A stretch of DNA of 64,000 nt, taken from assembly GCA_040954595.2 (NCBI GenBank), contig CM082576.2, forward strand, positions 6,823,129-6,887,128, read 5' to 3'. The position numbers and the translations under genes were made by a program. Within the stretch, counting starts at the first letter, position 1. Each line of letters opens with the position of its first letter. The notes beneath the pieces were generated by a model that did no database searches, had not been told where the DNA came from, and worked only from the letters and a program-made list of their open reading frames with translations. Below, piece after piece: positions 1 to 35,200 of the stretch. The DNA is from Balanoglossus misakiensis. Its lineage: Eukaryota; Animalia; Hemichordata.

Positions 1-3000
1 TGATGTAAGTGTTCTTCAGATATTCTGCCTGTCACATGATTCTCGCTTCCTTAATTCAATAGGTTTTGTTTTATGCAGGGAGGAGGGAGGGGGGGGGGGG
101 TCAAAGGATAAGTGCATTAGCTGTATTTTATAAAAAGTTGACAACTTATTAGTAAGTTTCGACAGTCTTCATGACCCTTGTGACTTATGTTCTGTCATCA
201 CAGTAAGCATACAGAACTTTTTTTCAGATGATAAAGTTAATTGTGAACTTCCATTTGTTGATCAACATGGCAGACGTCTACCATATTGATCTGCCAAATG
301 AGTCGATCTTGCCTACATCAAGATGTGGTGTCTGAGAGTGTTTTAATATTCAGCCTTCAACCCTTGTGAAATTCTGTATTGTCCACACTGATATGTACAT
401 ATGGGAGTTCGGTCAACATGACCTCCACACCACAATGGTGATGTTATCAAGTGCCCACATGGTCACTTGACAATGGTGTTCCGCCCATCTGGATTTCTCT
501 GCAGTATAACTACAACTCATAAAAGATTGTTTTTATTGACATCCCTATCAGCTAAGAAGCGAGTTATTTGCATCATTGCATGTACTTTTTTTTATTTCAG
601 ATGAGAGTGGAAAATTGTCACCGTAAAAGTTAGTATGGAAGGTTGTGTTCAGTACCGGTGCAATGCAATAACATTGATAAACGGTTGTAAAAAAAAACAT
701 GGATATGGTCGGTGTGTTAGTTGAGGAAAGTACCTGGTATGGAAGTAGTATTTAAATTTAGCATAACACACATCTGTGCCTAGATGTACTGGTATAAATT
801 ATATTGTCTACATAATTAAAATAATTGTATATGATCTTATGTGAAAAATTAAAAGGTAAATTTAATATATTCCTTTGAGTTCTAAATTCCAAAACACAAA
901 AAATTCTGAAGTAGTCTATACATACTGTATGCATTATTTCATTGTGTGAGTATTTCAATATTAACTCGCCTGACTGTGCTGTGTTATAATGGTGGTTTAC
1001 CCTGGGAATACTTCTGTTACCGTACTGTGTAATATTACATTTTGCTGAAAAGTTGAGCTAAACACACCCACAAAATTAATAGGCTCAGTCGGCATCTTGA
1101 TCTATATTAATGACAAACCCCTACATGGAGATCATTAAACCAGAAATGAAAAGAAATTTAATTGTGATTAATTTTATGAGGGAGAGATTAATATCTGAAT
1201 GAATGGCCGTCAGCCTGATGATGGAGATAGAACAGGTTATATAACACAGAAGATTCAGTGTTATCTAAAGAGCTGGTTGATAGCTTTCAAGGTGAGAATG
1301 AAAAAAACCAAACAGAGGTAGTTGAACATATGAGAGGAATGTCTATCTAAAAAGTGTGATGACCAAATTGTGCATGATGGTGTGTGCATGTGATGGAATG
1401 TATTCTTAGTATTATCAAGTCTTGTTACTGCAGAGTGCTGTAGACACCCCATGAAGGGTAATCATTGCCCAGTGTCTGTCATTGCTGTATGAGGTATTTG
1501 TACAGGCTACGTGTGGATTGATGTGGCTGTGTGTAGTGGTAATAACCATGGAGAGTTGAGATCAAGCCAATCACAGATTTTCAGTGGAGGGCATGCAAAA
1601 GAGAGTGTGTCATCTCTTGGTCATGTGACTCACCCTATTGACCACATATGGGCATTTGTAAATGTGTATTCCTTTAATTCATTTATTTATTTATTTAAAA
1701 GAGAAAATGAAAAGTTATAAACCAGTATAGGTTTTACTTCCAACTGCAATTCACGCGACAGATGACATCATATTCTATTTCTGAGTTCAATACCTGCGTG
1801 GAATCATCCCAATTATGCACATCGTCTGAATCACTCACGGACCTTTGACCTTTGCCTGGCAAGGTCAGATATCCAAGTGGCTATCTCCTACAAAGTGTGA
1901 TTCAGCGTTGCCAAATTAAACTCCCCCTTCCCCCAACGATAACAAATGCACAAATAATTAATGCATGATGATGCATGCGTTGGAATTTGATGTAATTTTA
2001 TCAGAATGTGGGCAATTGGCATGGTGCATTACAGCGGGTTCATCACTCTTGTCACTCATCATATAGTAACTGTTTATCGTTGTCTGTCTGCTCTCATCAC
2101 AGTATTTAATGCTCTTCCACGCTTGGCTTGTCTCCTGCAAATAAAACATAAACTATACACCCACCATATGCCATCTGCTTCACTTTCATGTTGTATAAAA
2201 ATGGAATGTAAAAAAGTATACACCTTAAAATTCATGATGTGATCCGTGTATGTATTCACAATTATAACAAAAGAAGCTCCTGATTTTGTTTACCAAATTT
2301 AGTGGATGTGATTTGCATTTGAGAGAATTTTTATTTAGGTTTTTGAAACAAGAAATTTACACATCGTTGAAATTTGCTCACAATATTGTCACAACTGAAC
2401 CAGCTTGTATAAACCCAATGAGAGAGGTTTAATACACAACAAACTCTTGAATGCACTAACAGATGTTCAATATTCAGCCGGGAAAATATGTTTTTCTGTT
2501 GAAGGAAATAATTGAAATTATGAAATTGTTTGGGCTGGTACCCGGTAATTTGTGTAAAGATGTATGTTTATGATTTTTTGAGCCCTGGATCATTGTGTTA
2601 TTAAAGGCTATGAAGGGAACGCCGTAATATCTATTATTAGCCCACTGAAGACAGCTATAAAATTAAATTCATATGGTCTTGTCAAAGGTCTTGCCCCAGT
2701 CTTGGCATTTGTAAATTCTGCTAATGACAGGCCCCAGGTGGATATTACCAGTGGCTGTTGAGTGCCACTGTGAGAGCGTAGTTAGTTTAGTTAGGGCAGA
2801 ATTCGGTAAGTACAATAAATTACTTTACCATCATCGGTTTACAGTAAATCAGGACATAGACTCTTCATGCTGTCATTGTCACTGGATACATGCTGTGTGA
2901 CCTCAAAATTCTGCGAAGACAAAATCATCAGACTTCCTTGAACTTCTGGCGTTATCTGCAACACACACAAAGATATCGTCCTCTATTGTTATAATCATTG

Positions 3001-3442
3001 TCATCCGCACGTGATAATGATTATCACTTTATTGTACAATGGAGGAAAATAATGAATAATGTGGAGGTATGAATTGAATGTGAGAGATGGCCCTTGTGTA
3101 TCAAGCACCAGACACAACTGGGTCTATCATAATCCAGTGTCTTGACATTTGAAATCCTTGTATGTAGAGAAGTTTTTCTGTGTTTTCAAAAAAATCTCTG
3201 GCATCTAAACAGACGGATCATGCGCGATTCTCGAAGTTCCAGTTTTTGTGTTGACAGTTTGCAACTTCTGTCTGTACTAGTCATGTTTCCGTGCATCCAG
3301 ATCAGAAGATACAGATGATGTCTTCCAATCAAAAAATGTCAGTTTATTTATTAGCTCAAATGGTGACAGACCAAACAGTGTCATCATCTGTGGCATCCAG
3401 TCGACTGATAAATTTTCACTCTTTTTTTTCCATGTTTTTCAG

Positions 3443-6400
3443 GGACAGGATGGCCAAGACTGGCTGGGAAGAGATGACGAAGCCTTATTGGGGTTTCCCT
3501 GGCAAGGAGGTTCGGAAAGGCACACAACGGGCATATTGATGTGGGATATGCCGTTCCTATGCCGTACTCTCGACGGTGAAGAGGTAAATTAGGAACAAGG
3601 GTCACAAATTGCAACCTTCTCTGACAGAGGAAAAGAATGAGGAGAGTGGGGGAAATTGCGGTGGAAATTGGCAGAAATGTACTTTGTGATGTGAATGAGA
3701 TAAGCCCTCTGCTTTTAATAAGTTTGCACTTTGATTTATTGATTCGCATTCTGTTAGTCAGCTTTAAAATTATTATCCCCTGAAGTGCAGTGTGAACCCG
3801 TACAAGGGGAAGGGCTCATTAAATATCGCATCACACCAAAACTACATCAACAGTTGCACATAATTGGAATTTTTAATTCGTGGTGAGAAATATTTGGCTT
3901 CATCAAAAATGATGAGGACTTGTCCACGGTAATTGATATGTGACACCATTCTGGTTTGAATCGTTTTCGACCTTGGCCCATATTTAAAGTTCAGGTTATT
4001 TTTGCGTAAACCATTTCTACAGCTGCAGCTCCTTCCTGCCTCGCCATAAATTGACAAGTCAGTTGTTCTAAAGAAGGTTTGCACACTCTCAGAAAGTCCT
4101 CAGCAAGTCCTGGGTGCTGACACAATTCTTGGCAAATGAAAAACGAAATTTAGCCACCAAATGTAATGCAGTTGTCAATTATCATGAAAAATTGTGAAAT
4201 TTATGAAGATGCAAACTGCCTCTTCCAAGATTATTGCACAGTTGCTCTTGGAAAAATCAAATGGCATTTAGTAGCTCAAATATCACTGGAAATTCCTGAA
4301 GCTCCTGGAATTCAAATTTCCTGGCTTCACCTTTCACCTGGAAATTTGAGAGGATCATAGCATGTGAACTCTGCAGGAAATAAATGTGACTTGTGGTGAC
4401 CCGTTACTTCCTACAGGCCAAGACCAAAATGTTATCTTCGGATATTGGTATGAAAATAACCTGATAGAGCAATGATCATATTCACGGTTTATGTAGTCTT
4501 AATGACATTCAGATTCTTGTGTTATCATACATCTAACCATTGCTGGAATTATCTCCAGACTCTAAGAATCATCACTGTTTGTATCTATGGCAGGTTGCAG
4601 TTCTTCTAATGGACACTCAGGGTGCTTTTGATAGCCAATCTACCGTCAAAGACTGCGCCACCGTTTTTGCGCTAAGTACAATGATCAGTTCAGTTCAGGT
4701 AAGCAGCCTGACAGCTTGGAGATCATTTCATCACTGACAGAGACAGTTTCGCAGAACACTGTGAAGTCAATTATTGCTGCAAGTGCACTTTTTGGTACAT
4801 CTTCGTCACATTGTTTAATTCCATGTATAGCTTTTGTATTGGACATATGTGACATAACTGTTTGGCGTTTTCGAGAATGCTACCATGTAAGATTTTCAAC
4901 CAGCTAGAATCATGTTCATTTGTTTGTCTTTACTGCAGAATTAAGCCGTTATCTGGTCCACTGTGTTCTATATTTTTGTTGAAATGGTTTCTCCATTTGA
5001 CTGACCACAAGCAGCGTTTTATCAACATACTCTGTGACCTTGAAAAAGCAAATCTGATAATTTTCTGTTTCCTTATTTCTTGATCATCAGGTATACAACT
5101 TGAGTCAAAACATACAGGAAGACGACTTACAACACTTGCAGCTGTTTACAGAGTACGGCAGACTAGCGTTAGAAGACAGTAATGCCAAACCATTCCAGGT
5201 AAGATGTCTCATTAATGTTGTGCCGATTTGAAATTCCCGTATCTTAGCCAGAGCTTGTTTTGTGCAGTGGAAAGGTTCCCTGACGTATAGGGTCAGTGTG
5301 TGGGATTAAAATACCTCATTTGTCATTTGCTCTTTTTTGCAGTCACTTATGTTTTTAGTACGTGATTGGAGTTTTCCGTACGAAGCAGACTATGGCTTTG
5401 AAGGTGGTAGTGCAACACTGGAGAAAAGACTTCAGGTAACAAACACACAAACTTGTTCCCCTTTTCTTTTGGATTGGGGTAGGATGAGTGAAAACGGTTG
5501 AAAATCAGTGTGAAGACTGCATAGCATAATCTCGTCTGGAAAATAACATTTTGGGCGTATAAAATCACTGGAAAAACTGAAAAGTGGTGAATTACTTGGA
5601 GCATATGGATTTTGCTGTGGCCATTGACCCCCAAATAATGGAACTAAATGAATTCCAATGCTGGTTGTAAATGACAATATTTGAATAATGTCATGCTTTT
5701 GTGATATTTCAAAGCAAGTATGGGATAAAAGTTCAAAGACCAGACTGTGTTTGTTTCTTTTGTGTCCAAGGATTAAAGAACAAGCCATGTTGCTGAATGA
5801 GTGTAGAAGTATGTGTTTGTATTATGCTGTGTTTGTGTATGGCAGTGTTGTCAGCTGTTACATGTGATTGAATGTGATTTTACAGTCATATGGTACAATC
5901 CAATCAAGTGAATTTTTTTCTGTGTTATATTGAAGCGTATTTGCCAATCTCATAATCAAATGTTATCCTCATAGTATGTCTGAGACAATAGGCTACATTG
6001 AACAGCAGGTCTTATGCAAGCGTATTGTTATCACTCAGTCATTGTATGTGTACACTTTAATTGTGGTGGACACAGTTATGTATGTGCACTCTTGACAACA
6101 GCTAATTTTTGGTTTTCCTATGGACAGTCTCCCACCATTCATCTTGTACTTCTACAGAATCTCACATGTGTAATCTTGCCAAAACTCACAAGATACACTC
6201 TCTTTTTTCAGCTTTCAGACAGGCAGCACGTAGAGTTGCAACAAGTCCGCAAACATATCCGATCCTGCTTCCAAAAAATAAACTGTTTCCTGCTCCCCCA
6301 TCCAGGATTAAAAGTTGCCACCAATCCGAAGTTTGATGGCCGTCTATCAGGTTCCATTTCATTACTCTCACTACTTTGCAATTTTGGAGTCTGTTGATAA

Positions 6401-8453
6401 AAGGGCATTGCTTACTTCAGTCTGACTATAGAGGGAGCTGTTTGACCGGTACATGATTGGTCACAATATTGATTTCCTTTATGGAACTGTAGATAAGCAT
6501 GGTAGTCAGACTATTAGAAATGAAGAGAAACAATTCTGGACACACTCTTTCTGTGAAACAAAGTTGTGTGTGTGATATTCTAAGTGGAGTTTTCATCTGA
6601 GCGATGAAACCGGTCACCTTTCTGTTCACTAGAAATATTTTTTATCCTAATTGCATTATTGTTTTTACCCTATTAGACATTGATGATGATTTCAAAACGC
6701 AGCTGAGGTCTCTCATACCCAACGTGCTCTCGACGGCCAGTCTTGTGGTGAAGGAAATCAACGGAACAAAAGTTACTGCCAGGGCCCTTGTTGAATACTT
6801 CAAGGTAATGTGTCCAGCGCTGATGTCAACTTTAAACAGTTCAGGCGTAATAGATCGAAAATCGTGACCATTGGACCTTTAAAAATCAGGAGAGCCATTT
6901 TCTTACCTGTGGGTAGAGATGATTATACACACAAGTGTGAATACATGTCTGTTTTATTTTTTATAAAATCCAGGCATACATAAAGATATATCAAGGAGAT
7001 GAGCTGCCAGAACCGAAGTCTATGCTGCAGGTAACTTCATATAAATATTGTCAAAACTGCTGTGTGTTAAAAAACACTTATCATTAATATTAGTGGTATT
7101 TGGTGTGTGTATGCAAAAATTAGCAAAAACGAGAGGTTGCATAATATGCTTTAATAGATGGCGCTGTTGTAGCCTGATATACACTGCCTATGAAATGCAT
7201 GTACATGACATGTACGTGGGTATAAACCTGATATTTCCAGGAGGGGGAGGGATTCACACAGTGATGAGTATAAAAATTGTTGCTTGGAGATCATTTTTCT
7301 AGAGGGAAGTATTCTTTGTTTTTAACATAGAAACTTTCATTTCCACATAGGCAACAGCAGAAGCCAATAATTTGGCAGCAGTAGCAAATGCAAAAGATAC
7401 CTACCACAAAGAAATGGAACAGGTCAGTTTTTATTTTTTTATTTTTGAATTCCCTTCCTCATGAGTGATGCTGTGAATGATTTATAAAAACATGTATCAT
7501 AAGAGGGAAGAAACAAAGATTTTAAACCTGTGTACTACAATGTACCAAAGCCTCATCTTAATCATTGGCAGCTAAATGCTATTGTTGGATTCGAACACAT
7601 CCCTCTAATGCAATCTTAACTGATCTGCCTCACCGACTCCGTCTGTGAATTTTCCAGATCTGTGGCGGTGACAAGCCTTACCTGAACCCGCACGACATGG
7701 ACACGGCCCACGACCGGTGCCGGGAGATCGCCCTCTCCCTCTTCACCAGCATCAAAAAGATGGGCGGCGAGGAGTTCAGCTCCCAGTACCTGCACAAGCT
7801 GGAGGCAGAAATGGAGGAGGTGTACGAGAGCTACTGCAAGAGCAACGACAGCAAGAACATCTTCAACGCGGCCCGCACGCCCGCCACGCTCTTCTCCCTG
7901 ATGGTCATCATGTACGTGCTCTCCGGGTTCTTCGGAATCCTGGGCCTCTACTCGCTGGCCAACCTGGCCAACACTATACTGGGGATGGCCCTGGTTGCCC
8001 TGGTTACCTGGGCCTACATCAGATACAGCGGTCTGTACAGAGGAGTGGGAATGCACATTGACACAGCGGCAGACGTCATATGGAATTCAGTGAGTGTGAC
8101 TCCATTCTGGTGTTCAGGGTTATGGTGTTTGATTCAACGTTCCTCCGTGTTCACAGAAAACACTGCATGAACTTTAGGAACATCTTTATTTTTCTATTGT
8201 ATCGGTATAAAAGTAAAATGACACATTTAGACAAAGTTGTCATGCCATCATGATCAAGCTCTCAACTGTCCTTTTGGTTCATAGTGTGTTTTGATGTGCG
8301 TTCATCCAACTGGTGTGAATGTCCACAAATTTTAACTCAGCTTTTCTGTTTCTCTGTTTTTTTCAACAGTTTTTGAAGAATTTTGTGGAAAGACTGATTT
8401 ACCAGAGTTCAAAACAAGCCTTAAAAAGGAGTCTCGAGAAGAAGGACAAGTGA
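3443..8453 (+). CDS. ATL: Atlastin GTPase (ER membrane fusion), 5'-partial; earlier exons lie upstream of the window
   Basis: GT-AG exons in frame: 3443-3583 ([29 protein letters not shown]), 4594-4698 ([31 protein letters not shown]3 motif), 5091-5198, 5343-5435 (FLVRDW, G4 motif), 6212-6350 ([15 protein letters not shown]), 6677-6804, 6974-7030 ([10 protein letters not shown]), 7351-7422 ([11 protein letters not shown]), 7658-8089 ([14 protein letters not shown], two TM segments), 8370-8453 (ends LEKKDK*, a KKXX ER-retrieval motif). Confidence 0.97.
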
Positions 8454-11400
8454 TGTATTTGCTTTTGGAGAATGACGATGACAGTGGCGATGATAGTCAT
8501 GACGATGATGATGGATATGATGATTGCTGACACAAGTGAATTGAATCAAGAGATGCTTGGGCTGTGTCTCGCACATAATCAGAATAATATTGACGTTGTT
8601 CTTTGCCAAAAACTAACTTTCAAAACAGACGGACAGATCGCTTGCTCTGCGGTTTCCTCTGAATTCTGCTGAACATATTTTCTACATGAAAAACTTTTCT
8701 GTCTCTTTTTCGTAACCTGACAAAGGCCAGTCCTGACTTTTGTGCGTTCAATGCATATGATGTGATATAGACATGCTTTTTGGGAATTAGGACCACAGGG
8801 TGCCTGGTAATGCTACTTTGCACTTTTCTTCACTATATGTAACAAAGCCACCTCTGGCCGGAAACTGATGACTTCTTACACTCTTTGTGGGGACATGATG
8901 CAAGGTCAGATTAACTAAAACAGAAATGTTACACGACAAGGTCTTGTAACAAACTAGATATTCACGGTCGCTTCGGACATGCATGATTGCTTCTATGCAT
9001 CATTGTGTAACTACAGGGTTTGCAGTAATTGTTTTCACACACAAATAGAAATTACAAAAAAAACTCTAACTTGCTTTTAAATGCAAGCATACATTATTTA
9101 CATTATTTTTCTGTCAGAGGGCACTAGATATTCCCCCTTATACTTGTATATGTAGCTTGTCGTGTAGGCGTCTATTCTATAAAAGTGGCTCAAACCCACT
9201 CACTAAAATGGTGTTCTCTTTTTAATAATATAGTGCTGAATGTGCATAATTAGTCTCTGACCTTATATAATGTCCTCATGAATGTGTTTTTGTGTCAATG
9301 TTAGTATTGTGGTATGGCTTTTTTTTCTTCTTCTTTTGCATTTTACAACATGTTTTCAGATGAGCTATATGTATTCCAGTATTAGTGTGATGATGATTTA
9401 TTATTATTATGGTGTCCATAGTGCCTACAGTTCAAGATTTTAAGAGATCTTGGGTGTGTAATAAGCTCCATTCCAATTTCACCTATTCTAGAAATAAAAA
9501 AAAAATTACAATTTTTCTTGGCTGCCACATCGGGAAAATGTTGAAGTACATCTTAGCAACACCAACACATGACAGTGAGGTCATAAAGAGTCATTAACCC
9601 TCCATTGGTTAAGGTTAGGTCAAAGGTTACATCAACAACCTGAAAGTTGCAGATAATATGTGATGTAGAAAAAAATCAATGAACGCAGTCATTTGAAAAT
9701 GCTCTTGATCACTTTACATCACACAAAATAAGGGGACATAATTCATTCAGAAATGGAGATGGAGATTGTTTGAGCTGAAGTACAAAATGTGCGTGTTGTG
9801 TCTTGGCAATTCAGCAATAAGTATTAGACAATCTGATTGGTTTATCCATAGGTTGTCATGGAAACCTTACCCGGTGTGAGAGAAAAAAAAAACTCATGAC
9901 CCAAGCCTACATAAAAAAATGTCTCGGTGGCCTCCGGTACACACAGTGAGCATATCATTTTAAAATTTGGAGACTAGTACATTACTGAAATAGTGGGACT
10001 TTGAATTGTGGTTGCTTTCTCTCTGTCCGGGAACATGGCCTGCAGTTGCATGCATTTTAGCATTGACTAAATTTGACTCTGGGGAAGCATAGTTGAAAAG
10101 CACCCATGGTTTTTGCCTGTAGCAAAGCCACGGTTTCATCTAAAATACATGTACATGTATGTAGAATTTTCATATCACTTGTGTTTCAATTCATCATTGA
10201 TGTCGGGTCATTTTGGAATTATTAGATCAAAAAATGTGGTAGATGTATTTATATTGATATTAATGCAATGTATAAAGTTTTTTGAATACTACGATTTTCA
10301 CAATTTTACTACTGTGAATGTAAAAAAAAGGGAAGAAAAATGGTAGAAAAAATAAGTAAGGTGTGTACTTCACAACTTTTGTAAAAAATGACAAAAATTT
10401 AGCGTGTGATTGAGTTCACACGCACATCGTCTGGTGTTCAGAAATGTCTGGTGAATGTCAATTGTGAATGTCGTTTCTGTCTTTCATTATATCCCCTATT
10501 TCCGGCATATAAGACAAATTTTCTAGATTCAAAATTATGGATCACATTAATGTTCTTTTTTGTTAAATTATTATTGATTTTTGCTGTTCGACTGTACAAA
10601 TTTACTGCAGAGTCTAAATTTTGCATTTGTCATTTTTCTTGTAATGTGTGCGACAGACAAACAAATGAATCTAGGGATAGCGAGAATTCTTTAGAAATCG
10701 AGGTCATGTAAAAAAAAGTGTACATTCTGCACCAAAGTGTGGAATTTGCAAAGAGTCACTGAGGCGCACTTCATTCTCATCGGATGAATTCATTGCACAT
10801 GGATTGTCAGATAGGTAATGGTGTGTAATATATTTGCAGTGTGAAAATTCAATTTTTTTTTTCAAAAGCTCCTTGAAGGACTTGTTTGTGTTCTCTCTTA
10901 CAGCAAAATATACGGCATCTTGGGTTTAATCCAAAATTTCATTATTGTATGTACAGGGCATTTTAAACTGGTATTTAGAGATGGGTATGGGTTGTTATTG
11001 ATTAACAAGACTTGAATATCTGGCAGAACAAACAGAGCCTCGCATTTTGGCTTTCTGTAATTACATTACATTCGCCCGGGTCTGTTCCTTTTTTTTGTCG
11101 GCATGTTTCAAATGCCGGCCAATATTACAGCTAGATTAACGCTGATATTTAATTAACTGATCCAGTTATGGTTAATTACTTGGCATTTGTTTGGTTTTCA
11201 CTGGGTATGTTTACATTACTTTCACCGCATGTCATCAACATTACTGTAAGTGGTTGGAGTTGGAAATATTAAAAAAAAGACAATATGAAGAGTTACACAG
11301 CATGGTTGTTACTTCTGCGTCATTTCTTTCCCCGGGGGCAATGTCAGGGAAGAATATGTTCCACTGAAAAGAGTCAGTCCGAATGGACTCTGTGTGGATA

Positions 11401-12290
11401 TATTATTCCTATCAATCAAGTAATCCATGCATCCCGAGTTTCCATTAATTATTCCGCAGGTCGTAAACAAAGAAGCACACACTGACAGTTCAACACTTCC
11501 TCGTTTGTTATTTTCCCCGCATTTCCTCGTTTATTTCGTCTTGTGTACTAGCTTTTCTCAAGAGAATCGCAATCCCTTGTCAGGCCGTTCCAATTTGTCA
11601 CCGTGCTCTGTGCCCTTTCGCTCATTCTTTACTTTGTATCTTCTGCCCTTTGTACATTCTTTACCTATCTGTGTGCCTAATATTTTGACAGTTTGCAGAA
11701 TGACTATTGTCATGTTTAGTTTAAAGATCCCCACACCAACAATATTGTCACCTCTGCTCATCTTTTGTTTGCCCTCCCCACACACACACACAGACACACC
11801 CCATCCCCACCCCCCTGTATCTCTATCACCCTTTTACTTGCAAAATGTCTGTGGGAATACAATTTGGCTCTATTACACTAATATGCAGTCATATTTGATA
11901 GGCTGAAGAGCAGCAGCCTAGCACACAAAGGGGCCGTTCACAAAAAATATAGATGACTTTGACCTTCTGGTCAACTACAGAAATTGATGGTGTTGAACTG
12001 CATTACAAGTGGTGACAGTTTTAAGTTTTTCAGTCGGTGTATATTGTCCAAAAATCATTTAGAATTGACCAGTTAAACAAGAATTCAGTATTTTATCTGG
12101 TCCCACTATAAGATATAGTAAACGTGCGATTCCTGGCACGATTCTGAATCCAAATCAAATTGTGCGGGCGCTCCTTCCGTCGTGTTGATCACATGATCAT
12201 CGGAGGCCAATCAAAGCTGTTCATATCGTTGGCCTAGTGTCACATTACAGGGGTAAGAAACGAAAACGACACCAGGAAAGGTAGTAAAAT

Positions 12291-32271
<19,981 letters not shown>

Positions 32272-35200
32272 AGATGATGAACGGAATGGGTTTAATTTAG
32301 AATGGTTCCTAAAAAAAGAAAAACGTCAAGCCCGTCGATCCACCCTCTCGTTCAGAGCTGACCAAGTTTTAGGCAACTACAGGGTACCAACTCCATGGTG
32401 ATGGATGGACCACCCCTTCTCCCCCTCCCCACCCTCTCTCAAACCTCTATTCTTGTTGTGATCCCCCCCCCCCCCAAAGTAAATCAACCACCATCCCACC
32501 CTTCCAAAGTACGTACTTAAATTCAGGACCAATGGACAGGCACCTTTGCTTATCCAGTCATTTTCAGTGTCATTTACTTCTAGTATATGTCCGTATTTAC
32601 GTTGTTTCTTAACATATTGGATTTTCTTTTTGTTAGGACTAATTTTTTCCCTCCACAATTTGACCTTTGCCCCTTAGTGTGACCAGTGCGTGTGTCCAGG
32701 GTTGGCATATTGGCTATGAGTCTTCTGTGTTTCTGACATGATGTGAAAGACACTATATAAGCAACAGAAAAAATATCAAGCGTCTGCAACACCCTTTTAT
32801 TTTCATGAACTAATCAGTTTAATCTGCCCTTTAGAATGAAGTTAGGCTGAATCCTGTCAACACAGGGCCAGTGTACCTAGCCTGATTAAAATATTGCAGT
32901 GGAACATGTTCGGGTTTTTGTTCAGCAAGCAAGCACCAACTCCTGGTCCCGATGATGATATGTACACTATTATCAAAGTATCCGGCCTGTATGCAAATCA
33001 GTGGTCTCGCTGAAATGTACATGACCTCAGCATCTTGCTCTCTGCAGATTTTGTGCCACTGAGATGAGGGAAGGTATATTCTCTCACTTGTATTTTGGGT
33101 TGGCTTTGCTTCAGAGAAAGGACTTAAATCAGTGCGGTTCAGCTGACTCGAGCATTCTTCATCACACGGCAGCCTAGCTGCTATTCCTGCAGAAAGACAC
33201 CAACACAACATGAATGAAACTAGTGTGCATAGCTTAACCCCAGAACAGGAAGGCATAGATCAGATCATATTGACAGACAACTTGTTGCAGGTGGCATGGC
33301 GTCAGACCATGTCATCTGTTTGCAGTCTGCAATGTATCTGTCGATGTAAACATATGACAGAAAAGGAGATAAAGAACAATATAAGTGGGGGAACGAGCTG
33401 GTGATGTTTCGCCGTACAATCACAGAAGCAGTCTCTTAACTATTCTTAATTAAATAATTGTGCAATAAAGTCCCAGCTTTCTGTGCTAGAAAGCTTAGGA
33501 ATGGCTAATTCTAAAAAATAGTGTTTTCATCATGTCGTACCCTCTTATGCAGAATATGCTTGGTCGTGTTAAGGTCACTTGGTATCTCCAATCAAAATTG
33601 CTTCAGCAACCAAAAAAAACGACACTTTGAAGGAAAAGTTATGTATTAAAGCGGTAGATTTTTTTCATAGATATTTTGATCGTATTTAGAAGGAAAAAAA
33701 ACTTGTCTTTTTCGTTTGGTGTTTGACACACACCCCTCTTTATGACGGACATTGCATAGAGTTAACATATTGCCAAAATACACATTTTACCTTTCATCTT
33801 GAGTTGGGCGTGCCCTTTAAGACTGAAGAGGTGAAGTCCAGTACCCATCACCTGGTTCCCATTCCCTGTAGTGTCTGTCACATGCACTCAACATATATAT
33901 ATATATATATTTTAGACCACGTTAAGAAAAAAGAGGTTTTAAAGTAACTTCCAGATCTTGTGAAGTGAACATTACCCAGCCTGCACTTGTAACGAAGTCG
34001 ACTAACCCTCAGTTCATTTGCTCCTGAAATTTTTTCATCACTGTGCAAAAAATTCTTACAATTTCTTGAAAACAAGTAAAAAGCCGGTGGTGATGTTGGT
34101 TTCCATATTTCTGTTTCAGTATTAATTTTGAAACACAGTGAACAATATTTAGCAGGATAATTTGTGTCTTCGGTTTCAAACTAGTTCAGTGGTGTTCATT
34201 GTCGAGAAATATATCCACTTGTTTTCTGATTTTTTTTTTTTACCTTTTCTATTTTTTTCTGAATGATGTCAATATAACCGTATACAAAAGAAAAAAAACA
34301 TTCACAGAATGTTATTTGTATTGTAAAAAATTAATACAAAACAGAGAGACCCTGTTTTTTTTTTCACTTGTATGATGTGGCCTCAGAGCCATAAAACAGT
34401 GTCTAGTGGTGAGTGGTTAATTTTCTCCCGTAGATAATGAAACAAGTAGCGTATCTACTTATCAACACAAAAAAAAACTTGTCATATGCAATGTTTTTGG
34501 ACCGCTGAACTATATTCGTGTACCGTTTTTTTTCTGTATGATCAGTTCAATCATGGGAGAAACATTTCTTAAAGTTTTCTAGTGTAGAACTGTCGCTGTT
34601 GACATGCTAAAAGAAAGTGTCTGTGATTTTCGAAATGTGGATGTCGGCAGTTTTAATCACCAAAAAATGTGAATTTGTAGTAGTGCCAGTTTTATTGATA
34701 ACCTTGTAATTATTATTGTAATATTGACCCCCCGCGTCCCCCGAGAATTGTATGTATTACAAATGGCTTTTTTTCTGTTTCATGTAATATACAGAAGTAC
34801 TACATAGAAAGGAGAAAAAAAATATTATTATAAAGTCAGCTGGCATTCAATTGTATTCAGTATATAGAACACACAGACGCCTGAAAATTTTCCCTTGTGT
34901 ACATTATTATTATATTGACAATAAACTGTTGGCCTCTTGTGCCCATTGTGGTATTTTGTAGCGTAAGTTTGTGAATATGGTCTTTTCAGTTGCTTGTTGG
35001 TTTGGCTGGCCTGTGTTTGAACTTGAGCACAGTGCATGGTCCTTATAAGTTTCTGCTTCACTCGAAGCACTGGTTTGAGGGTTGGTAGGCAAGATTGCAA
35101 AAGCAGGTGCCAAGCTGTACTCGTTGATTCCTGCTCGGTAAAGCACAGCGTGCAAACTGCACAAAACGTATCATGGCAAAAATGGACAAAAACTGGCAGT

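Noticed and set aside
8472-8525. Met/Asp-rich ORF after the atlastin stop codon
   Set aside because: Degenerate (GAT)n repeat in the 3' UTR.
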